This document shows, one piece after another, positions 56,670 through 64,000 of a DNA stretch of 64,000 bases. The notes under the pieces were generated by a model. The model had not been told where the DNA came from, ran no database searches, and was given only the letters and a program-made list of their open reading frames with translations. Made by a program: the position numbers and the translations under genes. Source of the DNA: Eubacteriales bacterium (GTDB lineage: Bacteria; Bacillota; Clostridia; Oscillospirales; CAG-272); assembly GCA_045580325.1 (NCBI GenBank), contig JAZNNR010000023.1:6718-70717 (forward strand), in the 5' to 3' direction. Within the stretch, counting starts at the first letter, position 1; every line of letters begins with the position of its first letter.

Positions 56670-59087
56670 ATGGATAATAATTATAAGTTTGATGAGATAA
56701 ATCCCGTTCCGGTGGAGAGTATAAGGGTAAATCCTATGTTTGACGGTCCCGATGATGAGGACGAAGATCAAAATGAAGCTTCGCAGTACCGCTCGGATTT
56801 CGACTCTGATATTAGCTATCGAGAGGAAGACGGTGAGTACGAAGAAGCCGAAGAATTAGAAGAAGCCGAAGAAGATACTGATTATGACTCCGAAGACGAC
56901 AGTGAAGATGGCTCAAACTCGGACGGATATGACGGCGAAGAGGCTTCGGACGACGATACGGGTGAAGAAGTCGATATAAACACACTTGTAAAATCGGGTA
57001 ACCGATATGCTGCAGGGTATCAGCTCATAGGTAAACGCCCAAACGATTTTCGCGCAAGGCATAAAGGACTGTTTAAGCGCGAGGGCAGCTTTATAATGCG
57101 TTTTGTAGATAAAACGGTTGCAAAAATATACGATATGACAAAGAACGGAATTCTCGGTAGTTTCTTCACGTCATATGACCGACTTGAAGAGAAGACCTCT
57201 TCCTCTGCGGTGGCTCGTGCTCCCTCTAAGGTGGTTTCCTTCTTTAAAAAACGCAGAGCACCGAAGGTAAAGGAAAAAATAATTTTTGACGATATTACAG
57301 GCGAGGAAGTAGCAAAAATACGCGAAAAACCGAAAAAACAGTCGTCATTTGTGAAAAAGACGGTCGCTCTCTTTGAAAAAAGCGTAGTTTTGAACTTTGT
57401 TGGACGATTTTTATCGACTCTCCTTTATCTGCCCGTGGCGACCTACGGCGCGCTTCTGCTTTCGGCAGGTATCACGACCATTCTCGTGCAGGCTGCAAAG
57501 GTCTTTTGGCTTTCCGAAGCGATAAATACGGCAGGACTTCTTTTAGGTCTTGCTTATACCCTTATTGCTATGATGACGATATTTGCGGGCGATATACCGC
57601 TCGTGCGTTACCTGTGCGAAAGCAAGATGGGTAGCTTTATACTCGTTTCGGTCTTCGGTCTTTTCAAAAAGAATATAGATACCGAAAGGAAGGTTGCGAG
57701 ATACGGATTTTTGGCTTTTCTTTTCGGAGTCGGAATCGGACTTTTGTCTGCAGTATTTTCGGCACTTGATATATTCTTTGTAATAGCCGCTCTTGTTGTG
57801 GCTCTCGGTATCGCGCACAACCCCGAAAGCGGGACTGTAATACTTGCATTCCTTTTGCCCTTCACTGCGGTATTTTCAAACGGACAGAAATATTTTTATC
57901 TTCTTGTACTTTACGTTTCGTTTGTATGGCTGATAAAGCTTATATGCGGACAGCGCAGAGCAAAATTCGGTGCGCTTGATGGTCTGATCGTTATGTTTGC
58001 GGGATTTATCTTGCTGACAGCCTTTGTGTCGGTAGACCGCGGCGAAGCGATCTATCAAGCGGTAAATCTTATAATGCCGATAATAGGATATTTTCTTGTT
58101 ACCAATCTGCTCAGCCTAAGGGTATGGATCTCCCGCGCAGTCGGCGGTATGCTTATTTCGGGATTTGTCGTTTCTGCATACGGAATATATCAGTGGATAG
58201 TACACGCGATAAATAACTCGTGGAGATTTGATAAGCTTCTTGACGGTAACATAAATTCGGTATTTTCTACTACCGAAACGCTTTCGGTGTATCTTATAGT
58301 GATATTCTGCTTTGCGCTTTCGGGACTTTCTTCGAAGAATTCGAAAGGTATCCGTTTACTGTCGCTGAGTATCATATTGCCGGTAGTAGTCTGCATTGCT
58401 TTGACTATGGACGTGTATGCGTGGGCTGTGCTTGCTATATCGGTAATGATATATGCGCTTATAAAATCAAAGAAGAGCGCGGCATCTATACTCGGCGTTT
58501 TAGCAATAATATTCTTCGTGCTTTACCTTGTTTCCGATATACTGCCAACATATCTTATGGTGCTGACGGGCGACAGCCTGTCGGGTAGTATCGAGGTTAT
58601 GCACGTCAGCTCGAAAATGGTAGGTAAATATGCGCTGACAGGTATAGGACTCGGAGAAACTGTGTTTGAAAACATATATAAATCACTTTCGCAGACGGGT
58701 AGTGTGTCTGCATCGGACGGCGGAAATCTTCTGTTTGAAATGCTGATACGCTTTGGAGTGGTCGGAATTTTGTTCCTTGTGTCTGTGGTAATACTCGTTT
58801 ACAGACAGGCGTTTTCGACCTACAAGGCAACTGCAGTCAGAAGATTTGCTTCGATTTACAGTATAGCGGCGCTTACTGCATTTACCGCGCTCCTTATGGT
58901 ATCGGCAGTAAACTATATATGGAAAGATTTTTATATGGCATATATGTTTTGGACGGTCATCGGGATCATAGGCGCGGCAAGAAATATCGCTCTTTTTGAT
59001 AATGCGGATATTTCGGAAAAAGACGGACTTGACATAAAGCTTCCGATAAGTACCTTCAGAAAAAAGGTAAAAAAGACCGATAAATAA
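56670..59087 (+). CDS. O-antigen ligase (Wzy_C)-like polytopic membrane protein with an acidic N-terminal extension
   Basis: The first 110 aa or so are Asp/Glu-rich, then a basic linker, then more than 10 TM segments with a large loop resembling O-antigen ligase/Wzy_C proteins. The ATG at 56670 lies 11 nt after the AAGGAG SD. Confidence 0.6.
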   Translation: MDNNYKFDEINPVPVESIRVNPMFDGPDDEDEDQNEASQYRSDFDSDISYREEDGEYEEAEELEEAEEDTDYDSEDDSEDGSNSDGYDGEEASDDDTGEEVDINTLVKSGNRYAAGYQLIGKRPNDFRARHKGLFKREGSFIMRFVDKTVAKIYDMTKNGILGSFFTSYDRLEEKTSSSAVARAPSKVVSFFKKRRAPKVKEKIIFDDITGEEVAKIREKPKKQSSFVKKTVALFEKSVVLNFVGRFLSTLLYLPVATYGALLLSAGITTILVQAAKVFWLSEAINTAGLLLGLAYTLIAMMTIFAGDIPLVRYLCESKMGSFILVSVFGLFKKNIDTERKVARYGFLAFLFGVGIGLLSAVFSALDIFFVIAALVVALGIAHNPESGTVILAFLLPFTAVFSNGQKYFYLLVLYVSFVWLIKLICGQRRAKFGALDGLIVMFAGFILLTAFVSVDRGEAIYQAVNLIMPIIGYFLVTNLLSLRVWISRAVGGMLISGFVVSAYGIYQWIVHAINNSWRFDKLLDGNINSVFSTTETLSVYLIVIFCFALSGLSSKNSKGIRLLSLSIILPVVVCIALTMDVYAWAVLAISVMIYALIKSKKSAASILGVLAIIFFVLYLVSDILPTYLMVLTGDSLSGSIEVMHVSSKMVGKYALTGIGLGETVFENIYKSLSQTGSVSASDGGNLLFEMLIRFGVVGILFLVSVVILVYRQAFSTYKATAVRRFASIYSIAALTAFTALLMVSAVNYIWKDFYMAYMFWTVIGIIGAARNIALFDNADISEKDGLDIKLPISTFRKKVKKTDK

Positions 59088-59139
59088 CTGTATTTTACAG
59101 TTTGTGTAATAACGTAAAAGGAAAGGTGTAACTGTAATT

Positions 59140-59733
59140 ATGAATCAGCAGCAGAATAGTGAATACATCAAAGCTCGCTCTGCAAAAAAACAAAGCGGAA
59201 GAAAAATGAATTTTATTGACTGGCTTCTTGTACTTATAGCACTTGCCTGCATTGGAACTTTTGTTTACTTTGCTTTCTTCTCAGAGCTTGACCTGTTTGG
59301 CTCAAAGGAAGAAAAGGTGTCGGTACAATATACAGTCAAAATAGAAAACGTGAATGCCGAAATGCTCGGAATAAGTGTAGAGGGCGACAAGGGAACGCTT
59401 AACTGCGATTTTATAGACACAAAGGACAGAGTGTATGACTGTAAGACAGGGGCTCTCATAGGAAGAGTTACTTCTGTTGAATACGAAAAATCGTATGAGT
59501 ACACGGGTGCGCTCGACGAAGACGGCGACCTTGTATATGCACCCTATGTCGGACATATAGACATAATAATAACGGTCAGTGGAAGCGGAAGCCTTTCTGC
59601 TGATGGGATATACAGTATAAACGATTACGAAATCAGAGTGGGCTCGGAAATAGAATTCAGAACAGAAGGCTATACGGCAGTCGGAAAATGTACCGCCGTT
59701 ACAGGAAAGGAGATAGCAGAAAATGTCAACTAA
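59140..59733 (+). CDS. DUF4330-like single-pass membrane protein (paralog 1)
   Basis: NFIDWLLVLIALACIGTFVYFAF TM anchor, then a beta-rich domain. Pattern of DUF4330. Confidence 0.5.
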   Translation: MNQQQNSEYIKARSAKKQSGRKMNFIDWLLVLIALACIGTFVYFAFFSELDLFGSKEEKVSVQYTVKIENVNAEMLGISVEGDKGTLNCDFIDTKDRVYDCKTGALIGRVTSVEYEKSYEYTGALDEDGDLVYAPYVGHIDIIITVSGSGSLSADGIYSINDYEIRVGSEIEFRTEGYTAVGKCTAVTGKEIAENVN

Positions 59734-60208
59734 TGAAAATAAGACAAGATTTAATATGATAGATCTTATCATAGTTTTGATCATTATTGCTTGCATAATC
59801 GGAACTGTATTCAGAGGTACGATACTTGATAGACTCAGCTTTTCGTCAAGCGCGGATAGGGTAAAGGTAAGCTTCACGGCTGAAAACCTTACCTATGAAG
59901 ATGTTTCAGCATTGAGGGTAAGCGATACTCTCTATCTTTCGGAAAAATCGTTTGGCACGTTAACTTCAATGTCGTACGTTAAGCAGACGGTCGTCGTACC
60001 GTCGCAGGACAGACTTTCCTTTACCGAAGCTCTTGATCCGACGCACTATACTTTGACAGGAGAAATAGAAATAAGCGGCAAAAATACAGATAAAGGCTTC
60101 TTTTTTGACTCGGATATACACATCGGAGTAGGTAAAGTGCTTAATCTGAAGAGCTCAAACTGCGCTATTTCTATTGTTATTACCAAAATCACTGAAAATG
60201 AGGGTTAA
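59723..60208 (+). CDS. DUF4330-like single-pass membrane protein (paralog 2)
   Basis: FNMIDLIIVLIIIACIIGTVF anchor. Overlaps paralog 1 by 11 nt. Confidence 0.5.
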   Translation: MSTNENKTRFNMIDLIIVLIIIACIIGTVFRGTILDRLSFSSSADRVKVSFTAENLTYEDVSALRVSDTLYLSEKSFGTLTSMSYVKQTVVVPSQDRLSFTEALDPTHYTLTGEIEISGKNTDKGFFFDSDIHIGVGKVLNLKSSNCAISIVITKITENEG

Positions 60209-60223
60209 TGTTAATAAAACCTA

Positions 60224-60252
60224 TTGATTTTAAGATTTTGATGTGATATACT
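60224..60252 (+). promoter_or_regulatory. Sigma-70-type promoter for ptsH
   Basis: TTGATT, 17-nt spacer, TATACT, with TGTGA upstream of the -10. Confidence 0.55.
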
Positions 60253-60285
60253 AAAACTAATGTAGAAAAAGGATAGGTATGTAAG

Positions 60286-60549
60286 ATGATCTCTCGCGAT
60301 GTAAAAATAGTAAATACAATAGGACTTCACGCTCGCCCTGCGACGTTCTTTATTCAGAAGGCGAATTCTTTTAAGTCTTCAATATGGGTTGAAAAGGGAG
60401 ATTGCCGCGTAAACGCAAAGAGCCTTCTCGGCGTTCTTTCTCTCGGAATAGTTAAGGATACCGTTATTACGATTATCGCTGACGGAGCCGATGAAGAGGC
60501 AGCGCTTGACGGACTTTGTTCTCTTATAAGCGACGGACTTGGCGACTGA
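60286..60549 (+). CDS. ptsH: Phosphocarrier protein HPr
   Basis: NTIGLHARPAT (His15) and NAKSLLGVLSLG (Ser46 region). Confidence 0.9.
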   Translation: MISRDVKIVNTIGLHARPATFFIQKANSFKSSIWVEKGDCRVNAKSLLGVLSLGIVKDTVITIIADGADEEAALDGLCSLISDGLGD

Positions 60550-60578
60550 GAACTTTGGGCAAAATAATCTTAAAATGG

Positions 60579-60608
60579 GCGAACCTCAGATATGTGGTTC
60601 GCTTTTTT
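60579..60608 (+). terminator. Terminator after ptsH
   Basis: gcgaacc / ggttcgc stem followed by tttttt. Confidence 0.7.
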
Positions 60609-60654
60609 ATTAAGGCATACATAAAAATATCAAGCTACAAGATAATATAATAAT

Positions 60655-62475
60655 ATGAAAGAAAAAAATATACTTGATACGTTAAGGGAAAAAGCAAACC
60701 GACTTCCTCTTACACCGGGCGTTTATATAATGTATAATGCGCTCGGCAAGGTGATATACGTTGGTAAATCAAAGGCGCTCAAAAACAGGGTGTCGCAGTA
60801 TTTTAACGACTCGCCCAAGGACGTTAAAACATCAAAGATGGTCGGGGACGTTCGGAATTTTGATTTTATGCTCACCGATACCGAGATAGAGGCTCTTACC
60901 CTTGAAAATAAGCTTATAAAGCTTTATCAGCCCAAATATAATATCTTGCTGAAGGATAATAAAAACTATCCTTACATTAAAGTAACGGTAAATGAAGAGT
61001 ATCCGAGTGTGGTTTTCACGAGAAAAAGACTTTCGGACGGAGCAAAATATTTTGGGCCCTATTCGGGCGCGGGTAAGGCAATGTCGATAATAAAAACGAC
61101 GCAGCGAGCCTTTGCCCTGCCGCAGTGCAAGCTGAAATTTCCGCAGGATATAGGAAAGAGCAGACCGTGTATATACGCTCAGATAGGGCAGTGCTGCGCT
61201 CCGTGCGCGGGAAATATCAGTCCCGATGAATATAAAGAGCGCTTTTCGGACGTTCTCTCTTTTCTTCGCGGCTCGTATAACGAGGTTAAAAAATCGCTTA
61301 CCGAGCAGATGATGTACGCATCTGAAAATCTTATGTTTGAAACGGCAGCACTTATGCGCGACCGTATAAAAACACTTGAGCTTCTCTGGCAAAAGCAAAA
61401 GATACTCACATCTCCCGATGCAGAGTACGATATAGTATCGATATACAGAAGCGAGGCTTGCTCATGCCTTGCGCTTTACTACGTTCGTGCGGGTGCGGTA
61501 ATAGATTCGGATAATTTCGTATTTTCGGCTGAAAAGATTACTGATAACGCCGAGATCATATCTTTTCTTTGTGAAATGTATTCGCATAGGGAATATATCC
61601 CGTCAACTATTATTTCGGGTATCGATTTTGATGAAGAGCAGATCGCTATGTTCTGCGATTATATAAAGCAGACCTCGGGCGTCAACGTGAAGATGAAGAT
61701 ACCGCAACGCGGTGAGCTGAAAAGCCTCTGCGATATGGTAAGATCAAACGCAGAGCTTCACGCGCTTCAGTATCTTGCCGATAGCGAAAAGGATAACAGC
61801 GTGCTTGTAAAGCTCGCACAGATGCTCTCACTCGAGGTCGTGCCCGAAAATATCGAGTCGATAGATATTTCAAACTACGGCGACGAAAATATTACGGCAG
61901 GAATAATCTCGCTGAAAAACGCTCGCTTTAATAAAAAAGGATATAGAACTTATAAGATACGCACTACCGACGTGCAGGACGACTACCGCTCGATGTGCGA
62001 GGCGCTCGAGAGAAGAATATCACACAAGGACGAGCAGCCGCTACCCGATCTTTTTCTGCTTGACGGCGGTAAGGGACACGTTTCGGTCGTTAAATCGCTT
62101 TTTGAAAGACTCGGAGTTTACGTTCCTGTTTTCGGAATGGTGAAAGATGAGTTCCATAAAACGAGAACGCTTACAGACGGCGAAAACGAGATAAGTATAG
62201 CAAAAGAGCAGTCGGTGTTTATGCTGATATATAAAATTCAGGAAGAGGTTCACCGCTTTACCGTTTCGACGATGCAAAAAGCAAAGAGCAAAAAGCTCAC
62301 AAGATCTTCGCTTGAAAATATAAAGGGCATAGGACAGAAAAAGGCGGCAGTGCTTCTCGCGCATTTCAAGACTCTTACTGCACTTAAAGGTGCTTCAAGA
62401 GATGAAATTGCTCAGGTCAAGGGCGTTTCGGAGAAGGATGCCGAGAATATAAGAAGTTATTTTGATAATAAGTAA
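60655..62475 (+). CDS. uvrC: Excinuclease ABC subunit C
   Basis: GIY-YIG domain (PGVYIMYNALGKVIYVGKSKALKNRV), a UVR domain, and a C-terminal (HhH)2 (LENIKGIGQKKAAVLL). Confidence 0.95.
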   Translation: MKEKNILDTLREKANRLPLTPGVYIMYNALGKVIYVGKSKALKNRVSQYFNDSPKDVKTSKMVGDVRNFDFMLTDTEIEALTLENKLIKLYQPKYNILLKDNKNYPYIKVTVNEEYPSVVFTRKRLSDGAKYFGPYSGAGKAMSIIKTTQRAFALPQCKLKFPQDIGKSRPCIYAQIGQCCAPCAGNISPDEYKERFSDVLSFLRGSYNEVKKSLTEQMMYASENLMFETAALMRDRIKTLELLWQKQKILTSPDAEYDIVSIYRSEACSCLALYYVRAGAVIDSDNFVFSAEKITDNAEIISFLCEMYSHREYIPSTIISGIDFDEEQIAMFCDYIKQTSGVNVKMKIPQRGELKSLCDMVRSNAELHALQYLADSEKDNSVLVKLAQMLSLEVVPENIESIDISNYGDENITAGIISLKNARFNKKGYRTYKIRTTDVQDDYRSMCEALERRISHKDEQPLPDLFLLDGGKGHVSVVKSLFERLGVYVPVFGMVKDEFHKTRTLTDGENEISIAKEQSVFMLIYKIQEEVHRFTVSTMQKAKSKKLTRSSLENIKGIGQKKAAVLLAHFKTLTALKGASRDEIAQVKGVSEKDAENIRSYFDNK

Positions 62476-62489
62476 TTAAAATTATTTTT

Positions 62490-62600
62490 AGTAAAGTTTT
62501 TGGGATTCTTAAACCCTTTTTTCAAAAAGGGTTTAAGGTCTATTAAAAAGTTTTTGAAAGGGTTTGGGGAAACTTTTTTCAAAAAGTTTCCCCAAGAAAA
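62490..62600. repeat. Second cluster of TTTTTTCAAAAA-core hairpins
   Basis: Hairpins at 62508..62537 (cttaaaccctttt/aaaagggtttaag) and 62566..62593 (ggggaaactttt/aaaagtttcccc). Same design as 7551..7703. Confidence 0.8.
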
Positions 62601-62605
62601 AGAAA

Positions 62606-63175
62606 ATGAGAATTATAACAGGAAGTGCAAGAGGCACAAGACTTGAAACGCTCGAGGGCGAGGAGATCACAAGACCCACCATAGAGCGAGTGAAAGAAGC
62701 GATATTCAGTATGATAAATTTCGAGCTTGAGGGAAGAAACGTGCTCGATCTTTTCGGAGGAAGCGGACAGATGGCACTTGAAGCTCTTTCAAGAGGTGCG
62801 AAATCTGCTACTATCTGCGACTCGAACAGAGATGCGGTTGCTGTGATAAAGCGTAACGCGCAGAAGACCAAGCTGTATGAAAAGACAAAAATACTTTCAA
62901 GCGACTATAAAGCGGCGATAAACGGCTGCCGTACAGGTGAGAAATTCGGAATAGTTTTCCTTGATCCGCCGTACGGTGAGTACGAAATGCTCAAAGACGC
63001 GCTTGACAGAATTCTGAGAATGAACATTCTTTCGGAAAACGCAGTAGTTATCTGCGAAAGCAATAAAAAAGAGCCGATAGAAATAGAGGGTCTTCGCGTA
63101 AGAAGATTTTCAAGATACGGAAAGGTTTATATAACCGTACTCACAAACGCACCCGAAGATCCCGATGAGGAATAA
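62606..63175 (+). CDS. rsmD: 16S rRNA (guanine966-N2)-methyltransferase
   Basis: MRIITGSARGTRLETLEG...RPT.ERVKEAIFS, LDLFGGSG and FLDPPY motifs. The track start at 62564 lies inside the hairpin repeat. Confidence 0.9.
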   Translation: MRIITGSARGTRLETLEGEEITRPTIERVKEAIFSMINFELEGRNVLDLFGGSGQMALEALSRGAKSATICDSNRDAVAVIKRNAQKTKLYEKTKILSSDYKAAINGCRTGEKFGIVFLDPPYGEYEMLKDALDRILRMNILSENAVVICESNKKEPIEIEGLRVRRFSRYGKVYITVLTNAPEDPDEE

Positions 63176-63188
63176 CTAGTGAATATAA

Positions 63189-63225
63189 AACGCAAGATGC
63201 GAAATAACGCGTCTTGCGTTTTTCT
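63189..63225 (+). terminator. Terminator after rsmD
   Basis: aacgcaaga / tcttgcgtt stem followed by tttt. Confidence 0.7.
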
Positions 63226-63360
63226 ATTTGGAATATGAAATGAAATTTTACATAAGGGCGGAAAATTTAACTTGAATTTTACGCAAACGTGCTTACAACT
63301 AAACAAAAATATGTTATCTTAAATCGAAAACAAAATTTGACAATAAACGGAGAAAACAAA

Positions 63361-64000
63361 ATGGAAATTTGGGATGTTCTTGATTTAATAGGCGGACTTT
63401 GTCTGTTTCTTTTTGGTATGCACCTTATGGGTGTGGCACTTGAAAAGACAGCGGGCGGAAGTCTTAAAACAATACTTGCAAGGCTTACGACAGGGAAGCT
63501 TACGGGATTTCTGACAGGACTCGGTGTTACTGCGATAATTCAGTCCTCGTCCGCAACTACTGTAATGGTCGTAGGATTTGTAAACTCTGGACTTATGACT
63601 CTCAGACAGGCGATAAACGTTATAATGGGCGCAAACGTAGGTACTACCGTTACAGCGTGGCTGATAAGCCTTGCGGGAATAGATGCGGGCGGAATACTTC
63701 AGTGGTTTAAGCCCTCGTCATTTACACCGATACTTGCTCTTATAGGTATAGTTCTCATATTGGCAACTAAAAGCAGCAAAAAGCACGATGTTGCGACCAT
63801 CCTTCTCGGATTCGCTACACTTATGTTCGGTATGGAAGCTATGTCGGCGGCAGTTTCGGGACTTAAAGAGGTGCCTGAATTTACAAATATGCTGACAATG
63901 TTCAATAATCCTATTCTCGGAGTTCTTACAGGTGCGCTTCTTACCGGTATAATACAGTCCTCGTCGGCGTCGGTCGGTATTTTGCAAGCACTCGCATCGA
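63361..64000 (+). CDS. Na/Pi cotransporter family protein (N-terminal part; runs off the window)
   Basis: Manual translation gives MEIWDVLDLIGGLCLFLFGMHLMGVALEKTAGGSLKTILARLT...IQSSSATTVMVVGFVNSG, the Na_Pi_cotrans signature. GGAG SD. Not in the ORF track because there is no stop in the window. Confidence 0.8.
   Translation, partial: MEIWDVLDLIGGLCLFLFGMHLMGVALEKTAGGSLKTILARLTTGKLTGFLTGLGVTAIIQSSSATTVMVVGFVNSGLMTLRQAINVIMGANVGTTVTAWLISLAGIDAGGILQWFKPSSFTPILALIGIVLILATKSSKKHDVATILLGFATLMFGMEAMSAAVSGLKEVPEFTNMLTMFNNPILGVLTGALLTGIIQSSSASVGILQALAS

Overview
This window looks like a Firmicutes/Clostridia-type chromosome segment. No rRNA, CRISPR array, transposase, integrase or other recombinase gene is visible. 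Most of it consists of housekeeping blocks that sit near the origin in Bacillus-like genomes: holB-ricT-(ferredoxin)-trmN6-rsmI, smpB-tmRNA, SRP RNA-dnaX-ybaB-recR, tilS-hpt-ftsH, yybS-gdpP-rplI-dnaB, rimM-trmD, and ptsH/uvrC/rsmD. Metabolic loci fill the rest: an LbH-glmM-[glmS ribozyme]-glmS operon, glyQS, a NifS-type cysteine desulfurase, an M13 peptidase, a P-type Ca-ATPase, and a Crp-regulator plus NitT/TauT-type ABC transporter. There is also a minus-strand mannoside/mannose-like catabolic cluster with two tandem GH2 paralogs, a class II aldolase, a cupin lyxose/mannose isomerase and an HTH-PfkB kinase fusion. RNA genes recognised by eye are tmRNA (8261..8618), tRNA-Arg(CCT) (24954..25025, minus), the glmS ribozyme (about 32760..32915) and a long Bacillus-type SRP RNA (41681..41954). 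The most interesting signal is non-coding. A roughly 47-nt repeat occurs four times, plus one half copy. It is a 9-bp-stem hairpin, TCGGCAGAG-loop-CTCTGCCGA, followed by a T-run. A -35-like hexamer sits in the hairpin loop, and an extended -10 (TGTGnTATAAT) follows after an exactly conserved 17-nt spacer. Each copy lies just after a plus-strand core gene (glyQS, ABC ATPase, recR) and opens a small, apparently AT-richer accessory cassette: a GNAT; a P-loop kinase then a 78-aa ORF; TfoX_N plus DUF4177. Each cassette is closed by a related CCGACAG(AT)...(AT)CTGTCGG hairpin that abuts the stop codon of a convergent minus-strand gene. This reads like a recombinase-less gene-cassette system, or alternatively a shared operator/terminator-promoter module. 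I cannot decide between these from one window. Other repeat families are also present: covarying hairpins with a TTTTT(C/G)AAAAA core at two loci, arrays of GC-rich mini-hairpins flanking AT-rich orphan genes next to the tmRNA, and a GTAGGG...CCCTAC long inverted repeat. All functional calls rest on motif and family recognition by eye. No searches were run, and every identity figure is a manual estimate.
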